A DNA stretch of 49,408 nt from the NCBI GenBank assembly GCA_036555005.1, contig DATBME010000054.1, positions 1 to 49,408 of the forward strand. Reading direction: 5' to 3'. The position numbers and the translations under genes were made by a program. Every line of letters starts with the position of its first letter. The stretch's first letter is position 1. The notes under the pieces are model-generated. The model did no database searches. It saw only the letters and a program-made list of their open reading frames with translations, and had not been told where the DNA came from. This document shows positions 29,505-37,994 of this stretch, piece by piece. This DNA is from Candidatus Limnocylindria bacterium (GTDB taxonomy: Bacteria > Chloroflexota > Limnocylindria > QHBO01).

Positions 29505-29935
29505 GAGCTCAGGAGCTCCTTCAGCTCGCCCAGCTCCTCGTCCCAGCCCTGAGCATTCCCCTCGCGGTGCTCCGCCAGGATGAAGCCTGACTCCTGCATC
29601 CGGAGCGTGGTGCCGCCGTCCTCGCGCTCGTCCAGCCACCACTCGACCAGGGTCACCTCGGTGGCCCGCTCGAGCGGGGTTTCGGCCTGGTTGGCCCAGC
29701 GCCAGGCCAGGTAGGTGGGGGCCTCCACCGCCTCGACCCGGATGACGTAGCTTCGGTAGCCGTCCCAGGTGAAGCGACCCTCGTGGCCCGGCTCCAGCTC
29801 CCATTCGGCCTTCTGCGGGAACCACCTGGCCAGCTCGTTCGGTTCGGTCAGGGCGCGCCACACACGCTCGCGCGGGACCGACAGCTCGACGATGCGCTCG
29901 ATGGCGTGCGGCGCGGTCTGGGTGGTCTCGGTCAT
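29501..29935 (-). CDS. SRPBCC (Aha1/START-like) domain protein
   Basis: IERIVELSVPRERVWRALTEPNELARWF...; ATGA overlap with the ArsR stop. Confidence 0.8.
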   Translation of the reverse strand: MTETTQTAPHAIERIVELSVPRERVWRALTEPNELARWFPQKAEWELEPGHEGRFTWDGYRSYVIRVEAVEAPTYLAWRWANQAETPLERATEVTLVEWWLDEREDGGTTLRMQESGFILAEHREGNAQGWDEELGELKELLSS

Positions 29936-30246
29936 CGGTCAGGTTCCTCCAGGTGTCGCTTCAGTCGCGCCAACCGTCGATCCCAGGCGGCGGCATAGGG
30001 CTCCAGCCAGGCATCCAGCTGGCGCAGCGGGCCGGCGTCCAGCGCGTGCATCCGCTCGCGACCACGTCGCCAGGTGATGACCAGGCCCGCCTCCGACAGC
30101 AGGTCGAGATGCTTGGCCACCGCCTGCCGGCTCATCGGCTGGCCGTCGGCCAGCGCACTCAGCGAGAGGGCGTCATGCCGCCGCAGCCGGTCCAGCAGCG
30201 CGCGGCGGGTGGGGTCGGCGACGGCCTCGAAGACAAGCGGCTGCAT
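29932..30246 (-). CDS. ArsR/SmtB-family transcriptional regulator
   Basis: VFEAVADPTRRALLDRL...LSLSALADGQPMSRQAVAKHLDLLSEAGLV. ATG at 30246 is preferred over the track TTG at 30261 because of the promoter geometry. Confidence 0.85.
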   Translation of the reverse strand: MQPLVFEAVADPTRRALLDRLRRHDALSLSALADGQPMSRQAVAKHLDLLSEAGLVITWRRGRERMHALDAGPLRQLDAWLEPYAAAWDRRLARLKRHLEEPDR

Positions 30247-30252
30247 CGGTCC

Positions 30253-30280
30253 ATTATGCAACCTCCGGGTTGCATGTCAA
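30253..30280 (-). promoter_or_regulatory. Near-consensus promoter (TTGACA-16 nt-CATAAT) with an embedded palindromic operator, then N6 and the leaderless ATG of the ArsR gene
   Basis: The minus strand reads TTGACAtgcaacccggaggttgCATAATggaccgATG. The palindrome ATGCAACC-tccg-GGTTGCAT (30256..30275) spans the spacer and the -10. Confidence 0.55.
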
Positions 30281-30825
30281 GCGCGGTCCGGATCCTCGAC
30301 GCGCACGCGGGCGATGTACCGGTCGGCCGCCCAGGTCACGATCGCCCAGAGCACGGACAGCAGCAGCGTCGTCCCCAGCAGGATGGCCGAGATTGGCATG
30401 AAGCCACTCCCGATCGACGCGCCGAGCATCAGGAGGCCGAGCGCGATCACCACCAGGATGGAGCCGATCATGGCCGTCCCGATCTTGGCCGCGGTCAGCA
30501 GGAACCAGCCCAGCGAGTGATCCTGGGCACGCCCGGTGAGCCACAGCAGCGTCGGTCCCGATGCGCCGAACAGGGCCACGTAGAAGCCGGCCGAACTGAA
30601 CATGACCGATGCTCCCAGGCGCTGGTCCAGGACGAGCGCCGCCAGGATCCACGCTGCCAGCAGCGCGCTGGCTGCCCCGGTGCCGATCAGCCAGACCAGC
30701 AGCAGGGTGGCCGTCCCGGTCGAGAGGCGCTCGACCAGCTCGCCGTCGCTGCCCTCCACCAGCTCGGTCGGCCCGTCGGCGGCGAGGTCGGGCGGTGGCT
30801 CGGGCGGCCGCTGCTGTTCGGTCAC
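30277..30825 (-). CDS. Integral membrane protein, unknown function
   Basis: 182 aa with about 4-5 hydrophobic helices. GTGA overlap with the upstream transsulfuration gene. Confidence 0.55.
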   Translation of the reverse strand: MTEQQRPPEPPPDLAADGPTELVEGSDGELVERLSTGTATLLLVWLIGTGAASALLAAWILAALVLDQRLGASVMFSSAGFYVALFGASGPTLLWLTGRAQDHSLGWFLLTAAKIGTAMIGSILVVIALGLLMLGASIGSGFMPISAILLGTTLLLSVLWAIVTWAADRYIARVRVEDPDRA

Positions 30826-32000
30826 CCGGCACTGATGCCGGCGCCGGCGAACGCCGCCTCCAGGTCGGCGATCAGGTCACTGGACGACTCGATGCCGACC
30901 GAGAGACGCACCAGCCCGGCCGGAACCGCAAGCGGCGAGTCGGCGACAGACAGGTGGGTCATGGCTGCCGGCAGCTCGATCAGCGACTCCACCGCGCCCA
31001 GCGACTCGGCCAGCGTGAAGAGGCGCGTGCAGGCCACGAAACGCCGAGCCGCTTCATCATCGGCCTGCAGCTCGAAGCTGACCATGGCGCCGGGCAGCCG
31101 CATCTGGTCCACGCACAGCTCGCGCTGCGGGCTGTCCTGCAGGCCCGGGTAGTAGACCCGCCTCACCTCGGGCCGTCCGTCCAGCCAGTAGGCGATGGCG
31201 GTGGCGTTGGCGCAGGCGCGCTCCATGCGGACGGCCAGCGTGCGCATGCCGCGCAGCACCAACCAGCAGTCGAACGGGGATGGCACCGCGCCGGCCGCGT
31301 TCTGGTGGAAGCGCAGCCGCTCGGCCAGGTCGTCCCGGTTGGTGGCGATCAGCCCGCCCACCACGTCCGAATGGCCGCCCAGGTACTTGGTCGCCGAGTG
31401 CAGGACGGCGTCCGCTCCGAGGGCCAGCGGCTGCTGCAGGAACGGCGTCGCGAACGTGTTGTCGACCACCGTCAGCGCCCCCGCCTCGCGAGCGACGGCG
31501 GCCACCGCCCGGATGTTGGCGATCTTGAGCAGCGGATTGGTGGGCGTCTCGATCCAGACGAGGCGGACCGGTCCGCGTTCGCTCGCCGCCTCTGCTGACA
31601 CCGCGGCGCGGACCGCCTCCGGATCGGTCACGTCGACCGGATCGACCGCGATCCCGTAGCGTGACCACACCTTGTCCGCCAGCCGCCAGGTGCCGCCGTA
31701 GACGTCGTCGCACATCACCACCCGCTGGCCCGGCTCAGTGAGGTAGAGCAGGTTCTGGGTGGCGGCCAAGCCGGACGCGAAGGCCAGGCCGTGCTTTGCG
31801 CCCTCCAGCGTGGCGATGGCCGCCTCGAGCGACCGGCGGGTCGGGTTGCCCGAGCGGCCGTACTCGAAGCCGCCGCGCGTCCGGCCGACCGCATCCTGCT
31901 TGAAGGTGGTGCTCATCTGGATGGGCGGGATCACCGCGCCGGTCGCCGGGTCGGGCTCCCAGCCGGCGTGGACCGCCTTCGTCTCGAAGTCGTCGGTCAT
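30822..32000 (-). CDS. PLP-dependent transsulfuration enzyme (cystathionine gamma-synthase/gamma-lyase family)
   Basis: ETKAVHAGWEPDPATGAVIPPIQMSTTF...EYGRSGNPTR...SATKYLGGHSD (PLP lysine). Confidence 0.88.
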   Translation of the reverse strand: MTDDFETKAVHAGWEPDPATGAVIPPIQMSTTFKQDAVGRTRGGFEYGRSGNPTRRSLEAAIATLEGAKHGLAFASGLAATQNLLYLTEPGQRVVMCDDVYGGTWRLADKVWSRYGIAVDPVDVTDPEAVRAAVSAEAASERGPVRLVWIETPTNPLLKIANIRAVAAVAREAGALTVVDNTFATPFLQQPLALGADAVLHSATKYLGGHSDVVGGLIATNRDDLAERLRFHQNAAGAVPSPFDCWLVLRGMRTLAVRMERACANATAIAYWLDGRPEVRRVYYPGLQDSPQRELCVDQMRLPGAMVSFELQADDEAARRFVACTRLFTLAESLGAVESLIELPAAMTHLSVADSPLAVPAGLVRLSVGIESSSDLIADLEAAFAGAGISAG

Positions 32001-32031
32001 GCGTCTTGCCTGCGATCGTGCGAGTCGGAGC

Positions 32032-32631
32032 TCACCCCGATGCAGGCGGGTTCTTCCCGGCGAGGCGCCAGGCAAGCGGCAGGAGGCCCGCGGCCAGCGC
32101 GATCTTCAGCGCATCACCGATCACGAATGGCCACAGGCCGTTCTCCAGCGCCAGGAACAGGGGCATGCCGGCGGTCGCCATCAGCCACGGCACCCCGAAG
32201 GCGTAGATGATCAGGTTCCCCAGCACCATGATCGCCAGCGTTCCGCTCACGGTGCGGTCGGCTCCCCGGCTGGCCAGGGCTCCGACCACAGTGGCGGCGA
32301 CCACGAAGCCGATGATGTAGCCGAAGGTGAACACCACGTCACCGGAGTAGCCGGACTCTTGGCCGGCGAACCACGGCACGCCAGCCACGCCGGCGACCAG
32401 GTAGAGGAGCATCGCGGCGCCTCCGCGCCACGGGCCGAGCGCCGCGCCCGATAGCAGGACGGCAAAGGTCTGCAGGGTGATGGGCACCGGTGTAAATGGC
32501 AGCGGAATGGACACCTGGGCGCAGAGGCCGGTGAACGCCGCCGCCCCAATGACCAGCAGGATGTCGCGCAGCAGGGCGCCGGGCAGCAGGTCGGCCAGGA
32601 CGCGCGGCCGGGCGATGGCGGCGGCAGTCAT
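32032..32631 (-). CDS. bioY: Biotin transporter S-component BioY
   Basis: QVSIPLPFTPVPITLQTFAVLLSGAALGPWRG...YLVAGVAGVPWFAG. ATGA overlap with the mmsA stop. Confidence 0.85.
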   Translation of the reverse strand: MTAAAIARPRVLADLLPGALLRDILLVIGAAAFTGLCAQVSIPLPFTPVPITLQTFAVLLSGAALGPWRGGAAMLLYLVAGVAGVPWFAGQESGYSGDVVFTFGYIIGFVVAATVVGALASRGADRTVSGTLAIMVLGNLIIYAFGVPWLMATAGMPLFLALENGLWPFVIGDALKIALAAGLLPLAWRLAGKNPPASG

Positions 32632-34166
32632 CGGGTGCGGGGGAAGCCCAGGTCGACCTTGGAGGTGGCTGGATCCGGCCAGCGCGCGGTCACCACCTTG
32701 CCGCGCGTGTAGAACTGGATGCCCTCCGGCCCGTACATGTGCAGGTCGCCGAAGAGGGAGGCCTTCCAGCCGCCGAAGCTGTAGTAGGCCACCGGCACCG
32801 GGATCGGCACGTTGACGCCGACCATGCCGACGTTGACGTCGAACTGGAACTGGCGGGCCGCTCCCCCGTCACGCGTGTAGATGGCGGTGCCGTTGGCGTA
32901 CGGGTTGTCCTCGATCACCTGCATCGCATCGGCGTAGGTCGGGACGCGGACGACCTCGAGCACCGGCCCGAAGATCTCGTTGCGATAGCAGTCCATCTCG
33001 GGCGTCACGTTGTCGAGCAGCGAGACGCCCAGGAAGAACCCCGGGCTGTCCTGGCAGATGCCGTGCTCGCGTCCGTCGACCCGCAGCGTGGCCCCCTGCT
33101 GATGACCGCTGTCCAGGTAGCCGGCCACCTTGTCACGGTGCTCGGCCGTGATGAGCGGGCCCATCTCGGACTCCGGATCGGTCCCCGGCCCGACCTTGAT
33201 CTTGGGCAGCCGCTCCTCGATGGCCTCGACCAGGGGATCGGCCGCGTCGCCGACCGCCACCACCACGCTGATCGCCATGCAGCGCTCCCCAGCCGACCCG
33301 TATGCGGCGGACACCGCCGCGTCAGCCGCCATGCCGATGTCCGCATCGGGCAGCACGACCATGTGGTTCTTGGCGCCGCCCAGGGCCTGCACCCGCTTGC
33401 CGTGCTTCGTGCCGGTCTCGTAGATGTAGCGGGCGATCGGCGTGGAGCCCACGAAGCTGATCGCCGCGATGTCCGGATGCTCCAGGATTGCGTCGACTGC
33501 CACCTTGTCGCCGTGGACGACGTTGAAGACGCCGTCCGGCAGCCCGGCCTCCTGCAGCAGCTCGGCGATAAAGATGGAAGCCGATGGATCCTTCTCGGAG
33601 GGCTTGAGGATGAACGTGTTGCCGCAGGCGATGGCGTTGGCGAACATCCACATCGGCACCATGGCCGGGAAGTTGAAGGGCGTGATGCCGGCCACCACGC
33701 CGAGCGGCTGCCGGATCTGGTAGACGTCGATTCCGGTCGAGGCCTGCTCGGAGTAGCTCCCCTTCAGCAGGTGCGGGATGCCGCAGGCGAACTCGAGGTT
33801 CTCCAGCCCGCGGGCCACCTCGCCCAGCGCATCGGTCGGCACCTTGCCGTGCTCCGCGGTGAGCAGCGCGGCAATGTCGCGGCGGTGCTCGTCAACCAGG
33901 TTGCGGATCCGGAACAGGATCTCGGTGCGCTTGCTGAGCGACGACGCGCGCCAGGCCGGGAAGGCCTCCCGGGCGATGCGCACCGCAGCATCCACTTCCT
34001 CGACGGTGGCGAAGTCGACCTCGCGGGCGACCTCGCCGGTCGCCGGGTTATAGACCGATCCGTTACGACCGGACGTGCCCGCCACGCGGCGGCCGCCGAT
34101 CCAGTGGTTCACTCGGTCCAGGCCGCCAGCCGCATCCGCCGGTGGGGATTCCGCTACCTGGGTCAT
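32628..34166 (-). CDS. mmsA: Methylmalonate-semialdehyde dehydrogenase (CoA-acylating)
   Basis: ITPFNFPAMVPMWMFANAIACGNTFILKPSEKDP...GERCMA. ATG at 34166 has AGGAGCGAGG upstream. The track ORF is extended to 34820. Confidence 0.9.
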   Translation of the reverse strand: MTQVAESPPADAAGGLDRVNHWIGGRRVAGTSGRNGSVYNPATGEVAREVDFATVEEVDAAVRIAREAFPAWRASSLSKRTEILFRIRNLVDEHRRDIAALLTAEHGKVPTDALGEVARGLENLEFACGIPHLLKGSYSEQASTGIDVYQIRQPLGVVAGITPFNFPAMVPMWMFANAIACGNTFILKPSEKDPSASIFIAELLQEAGLPDGVFNVVHGDKVAVDAILEHPDIAAISFVGSTPIARYIYETGTKHGKRVQALGGAKNHMVVLPDADIGMAADAAVSAAYGSAGERCMAISVVVAVGDAADPLVEAIEERLPKIKVGPGTDPESEMGPLITAEHRDKVAGYLDSGHQQGATLRVDGREHGICQDSPGFFLGVSLLDNVTPEMDCYRNEIFGPVLEVVRVPTYADAMQVIEDNPYANGTAIYTRDGGAARQFQFDVNVGMVGVNVPIPVPVAYYSFGGWKASLFGDLHMYGPEGIQFYTRGKVVTARWPDPATSKVDLGFPRTR

Positions 34167-34240
34167 GCCGTTGCCTCGCTCCTGGAGCGACAACCTTACC
34201 TCGCGGCGCTGGCGAGCGGCAGTGGGAGCCTCCGGGCGCT

Positions 34241-37150
34241 TCAGCGCGACGCGGCGATGGTGGCGGGTTGCGGTGGTTCGGAAGCACGGATGCCGGCGGC
34301 CCAGGCAGCCACCTCGGTCCGGCGCGCCACACCCAGCTTGGCCAGGATGTGCTCCACGTGGGCGCTGACCGTCTTTGGTGAGACGGACAGCTCGGCCGCG
34401 ATCTCGGCGTTGGTCAGGCCCTCGGCGATCAGCCGCGCCACCTCGAACTCGCGCACGGTCAGGGGCCGCCACGGCTCCTTCTCGTGGCCTCGACCGCGGC
34501 TCAACTTCCCGATCTCGTCGGCGCGGACCACGAGCGGCGGGCTGCCCATCTCCTGGGCTCGGGCAACGGCCTGCTCCAGGACGTCGGCGGCATCCACGTA
34601 CCGATTCATGCGCATCAGGCACTGCGCCAGGTCGAGTCGCGCGCTGACGGCCTCCCAGGCCCGACCGCGATCCTCCCAGCCGCGGATCGCGCGCTCGAAC
34701 GCCTCGCGCGCGGCCGTCAGCGACCCGCCGGCCAGGCGGACCAGCCCCTCGGCGTGGCTCAGCGCGGCTCCCGCGATGGAGTCCCAGCCGGCGAAGAAGT
34801 CCCGCGCCTGGCCCAACCACTTCGCGGCCGCGTCCGGACGTCGCGCGGCGAGGTAGCTCCGGGCGCCAGTCACCACGAACGGGATGAAGAGGGCTCGCTC
34901 GCCGCTCGAGCTTGCGAGGTTCCAGCCTTCCTCGCAGTGTTCAATCGCCGCGTCGGCCTGACCGTCCAGCAGGTTGGTCTCAGCCAGCCCCCACAGCGGT
35001 GTCAGGACGAGATGCACCTCACCGATGCGGCGGCCAACGGCCAGCGACTCGCTCAGCCAGCGCCGTGCCTCGTCCGATCGGCCCCGCCCCATCGCCACCA
35101 GGCCAATGACGTCCTGCCCACCGACCATTCCACGCCGGCAGCCGCGGTCGCTCAGGTCCTGCCGCGCTCGCGTATCGGCGTTGTCCCAGTGACCCGCCGA
35201 CCACTCGAGCAACGCGAGGGTGCCCGCGATCATCTGCCGGCAGTGGCTCTGCTCGATCGCGTCGGCGTACTGCAGGCCCTCGCCAATCGCCACGTTCGCG
35301 GCCTGCGGATCCAGGATTCGAGCGGCGAGCAGCGCCAGGTTGCGGTAGCCGGTGACGCCGACCGATTCGAAGCCCGCATCGCGGGCCTCGCGCGCTGCGT
35401 GCATCCCGTCGCGCATGCCGCTCTCGTAGTTGCCATCGACGATGTCGATGCGGCCGAGCATGATGTCGATGTCCAGGACCGTCTCGCGGTCACCGACCGA
35501 CGTCGCCAGTGCCCGCGCCGCTGTTGCGCGCTCTCGCGCTCCAGCCAGGTCCATCGCCAGGAATCGGCATTCGGCGTCCAGCACCATGAGCCAACCGCTC
35601 AGCATGTCGCGCTCGGTCGACGGTGGTAGGTCGGCGATGTCGGCGAATCCCTGCTCGATTGAGGCCAGCAGGTTCTCGGAGGGCTCACCGCGGCGGAGGG
35701 CAACGGAGAACAAGGTGATCTGCTGGGTGGCCGCCGCGATGGGTCGTCCCGCCTCGAGGTAGAGCTGTCGGGAGCGAAGCGCGGCCATCTCGGCGTCCTC
35801 GTTGTGCTCGATCGCGCCGGCCGCGTTCGAATACTCCTCGAAGAGCTTCGCCTGCTCGAGCACGGGTAGGTCGTCAGGCATGTTCGCGATCGCGCGCTGA
35901 TAGAGCTCGTAGGCCTCCTGCCGAGCCGAGATGCGGCTGGCCTCGTCCGCAGCTGACATCGACGTGCGGAAGGCTTGCGAGCGGAGGCCAGCGCGGTCGT
36001 AGTGACGGGCGGCGTGCACCACACTCGACGCCTCGAGGGCCAGCACGAACTCGGCGGCATGTGCGTGGAATCGCCGCAGCTGGGACGGCGGCAGGGCATC
36101 GTAGATGACGTCCCGCAGGAGCTGGTGGCGGAAGTCGTAGTAGCCGCCATCCACATACTGGAATGGATAGAGGATCGCTGCCTCCTCCAGTTCCTGGATC
36201 GCCGGCTCGAGATCCGCCATCGGCCGATCCATGACCCCGGCCAGGACTTCCGGCCTGAAGCAGCGGCCGATGACGGCTCCGGCCCGTGCGACCTCACGCG
36301 CATCGGGCGACAGCCTCTCCAGGCGGACCAGGACGGCGTCGCCGATGGTATCGGGCACGTGCGCGTCGCGGATCCGTCGCCCATCGGCCCGCGCCTCCGG
36401 GTCAAGGGCGGCGAGGAGCTCTTCGATGTGCAGCGGAATGCCGTTGGTACGTTCGTGCACGGCTTCGACCACGTCATGGGAAGCGGGAAGCTCGCCACCC
36501 AGAATCAGCGTCGTCGCCATGCCGGTCTCGTCAATGGTCAGCGGTCGCAGGCGCACTTCGTCCGCATGCCGCTGGCTGAGGATGCGGGATCGCCACTCCC
36601 GGTGGATGCCGTCAGCAGGGAACTCGTCGGCCCGGTAGTCCGCCACCACCAGGAGCGGCCGATCTGACGTATGGCGAGCCAGCTCGCCGATCACCTCCAG
36701 GCTCATCTCGTCGGTCCAGTGGAGGTCGCTGAAGATCAGCATCGTGGGTCGGTCGATGGCCTCCAAGATTCGGTCGGCGGCAGCGCGGACGATCAGGCGA
36801 CGGGAGCCGAGGGCATCGCCTTCGTGACGCCCGTCGATGGCCAGCAGGTCCTGCGAGAGCGCTCCCCACGCTTCGTTCTCGCGGAGTCCGGCGGCGAAGT
36901 CGCGGATCGAGGCCAGCGGGACCTGGTGGTCCTGCGGCGCAACGGCCCCGCCGTCAACGCGCACGCCCGCGGCCTCCGCCTTCCGAGCTGCTGCGCGGAT
37001 CAGGCGCGTCTTGCCCAGCCCGGCCTGTCCTGAAAGGAAGACGGCATTGCCACGTCCTGCATTCGCCTCTGCGATGAGCTGATCAAAAAGCTCAAGAAGG
37101 TCGTCGCGGCCAACGAGGATGGGGCACTGAACGTGACCGGCGCTGCTCAT
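34241..37150 (-). CDS. Large ATP-binding LuxR-family regulator (LAL/STAND: AAA_16 NTPase, TPR-like region, GerE HTH), copy 1
   Basis: ILVGRDDLLELF..., Walker A GQAGLGKT, Walker B MLIFSDLHWTD, a long helical repeat region, and C-terminal LTVREFEVARLIAEGLTNAEIAAELSVSPKTVSAHVEHILAKLG. TAGACT-N7-ATG at 37150; the track start is 37264. Confidence 0.85.
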   Translation of the reverse strand: MSSAGHVQCPILVGRDDLLELFDQLIAEANAGRGNAVFLSGQAGLGKTRLIRAAARKAEAAGVRVDGGAVAPQDHQVPLASIRDFAAGLRENEAWGALSQDLLAIDGRHEGDALGSRRLIVRAAADRILEAIDRPTMLIFSDLHWTDEMSLEVIGELARHTSDRPLLVVADYRADEFPADGIHREWRSRILSQRHADEVRLRPLTIDETGMATTLILGGELPASHDVVEAVHERTNGIPLHIEELLAALDPEARADGRRIRDAHVPDTIGDAVLVRLERLSPDAREVARAGAVIGRCFRPEVLAGVMDRPMADLEPAIQELEEAAILYPFQYVDGGYYDFRHQLLRDVIYDALPPSQLRRFHAHAAEFVLALEASSVVHAARHYDRAGLRSQAFRTSMSAADEASRISARQEAYELYQRAIANMPDDLPVLEQAKLFEEYSNAAGAIEHNEDAEMAALRSRQLYLEAGRPIAAATQQITLFSVALRRGEPSENLLASIEQGFADIADLPPSTERDMLSGWLMVLDAECRFLAMDLAGARERATAARALATSVGDRETVLDIDIMLGRIDIVDGNYESGMRDGMHAAREARDAGFESVGVTGYRNLALLAARILDPQAANVAIGEGLQYADAIEQSHCRQMIAGTLALLEWSAGHWDNADTRARQDLSDRGCRRGMVGGQDVIGLVAMGRGRSDEARRWLSESLAVGRRIGEVHLVLTPLWGLAETNLLDGQADAAIEHCEEGWNLASSSGERALFIPFVVTGARSYLAARRPDAAAKWLGQARDFFAGWDSIAGAALSHAEGLVRLAGGSLTAAREAFERAIRGWEDRGRAWEAVSARLDLAQCLMRMNRYVDAADVLEQAVARAQEMGSPPLVVRADEIGKLSRGRGHEKEPWRPLTVREFEVARLIAEGLTNAEIAAELSVSPKTVSAHVEHILAKLGVARRTEVAAWAAGIRASEPPQPATIAASR

Positions 37151-37157
37151 CGCGCGC

Positions 37158-37163
37158 AGTCTA
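37158..37163 (-). promoter_or_regulatory. Candidate -10 hexamer TAGACT (leaderless LAL copy 1)
   Basis: The minus strand reads TAGACTgcgcgcgATG. LAL copy 2 has the identical hexamer and spacing. Confidence 0.4.
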
Positions 37164-37185
37164 CGACGCCGCCGCCAGTGCCTCG

Positions 37186-37205
37186 CATCGGTCGAATGAC
37201 CGATG
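37186..37205. promoter_or_regulatory. Perfect 8-4-8 palindrome CATCGGTC-gaat-GACCGATG, a candidate operator in the LAL1 / DUF4242 divergent promoter region
   Basis: Two further direct copies of CATCGGTCA lie at 37240 and 37262, 22 bp apart. Confidence 0.4.
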
Positions 37206-37339
37206 AGTTCCCGGTGGGCTGACCGCCATCGCGCCCAAACATCGGTCAATCGTATTGGGGTCATCGGTCATGCACACGATGACGCCCTGACGTCCTGACC
37301 CGAACCTCGAGTGGCAACAGCCCGCCGCTGAGGTACTGC

Positions 37340-37588
37340 ATGGCCAAGTTCATGGACGTCCACTCTGGCTTCATCGGCGTGACCGCCCAGCAGCTGAAGG
37401 AAGCGCACGAGCGAGACCTCGCCATCGAGGCTGAGGAGGGCGTCCACTTCGAGCGTGCCTGGCTCGACCCCGAGCGCGGCAAGGTCTTCTGCCTGGCCAC
37501 CGGCCCGACGCTTGAGGCCGTGATGCGCGTCCATCAGCGCGCGGGCCACCCCACCCGCGAGATCTACGAGCTCGCGGTCGAAGTCTGA
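37340..37588 (+). CDS. DUF4242 (SCO4226-like ferredoxin-fold) small protein, copy a
   Basis: 82 aa: MAKFMDVHSGFIGVTAQQLKEAHERDLAIEAEEGVHFERAWLDPERGKVFCLATGP...VHQRAGHPT. GAGG lies 6 nt upstream. Confidence 0.8.
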   Translation: MAKFMDVHSGFIGVTAQQLKEAHERDLAIEAEEGVHFERAWLDPERGKVFCLATGPTLEAVMRVHQRAGHPTREIYELAVEV

Positions 37589-37611
37589 TCGACTTCCAAG
37601 GAGCAAGAACG

Positions 37612-37815
37612 ATGCACGACTACACGGCGTCGCACATCCACGAAGGCCGCATGCGGGAGTTGACGCGAGAGGCGGATGCGGTTCGGCTCGCGGCAGTTGC
37701 CAGAGCGGGGCGCACGCCGCGCGATACCCGTCGAGGTCCTCGTCGCTTGTTGTCCGTCGGCGTGTTTCGCCTTTGGTTCGAAGCCTGGCGATCGCCCCGA
37801 GCCGCGAGGCCGTGA
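37612..37815 (+). CDS. SD-led 67-aa basic ORF of unknown function, possibly the frameshifted front of a decayed DUF4242 gene
   Basis: AAGGAG lies 8 nt upstream of the ATG. MHDYTASHIHEGRMRELTREADAVRLAAVARAG... The stop lies inside the relic segment at 37806..37880. Confidence 0.4.
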   Translation: MHDYTASHIHEGRMRELTREADAVRLAAVARAGRTPRDTRRGPRRLLSVGVFRLWFEAWRSPRAARP

Positions 37816-37880
37816 TGCGCGCTCACGAGCGCGCCAGCCATGCAACCCGAGAGACCGACCAGCGCACCGAGGAGGTCTGA
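37806..37880 (+). pseudogene. Relic 3-prime end of a DUF4242 gene, out of frame with the 67-aa ORF
   Basis: Encodes EAVMRAHERASHATRETDQRTEEV*, versus EAVMRVHQRAGHPTREIYELAVEV* for copy a at 37514..37588. Hand count: 56/75 nt and 14/24 aa identical, with aligned stop codons. Confidence 0.55.
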
Positions 37881-37994
37881 CCACCAACACAGATAGGGAG
37901 CCGGCGGCGACCAATCTGGGGCATTTCCCCGATGCCGCGGCGGCGGATCACGGCCGAACGTTCCACTGAGGATTAGCCAGAGGAGACAACACCC

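Noticed and set aside
37264-37264. ATG at 37264 as the LAL1 start (track ORF start)
   Set aside because: It adds 38 Arg/Trp-rich residues not typical of the family. ATG at 37150 gives the usual N-terminus (…ILVGRDDLLEL) and has the same TAGACT-N7 context as LAL2. It is kept as an alternative only.
37770-37790. tRNA-like T-loop string (tggttcgaagcc)
   Set aside because: The flanking sequence does not form T-stem, acceptor or anticodon arms, and it lies inside the decayed DUF4242 region.
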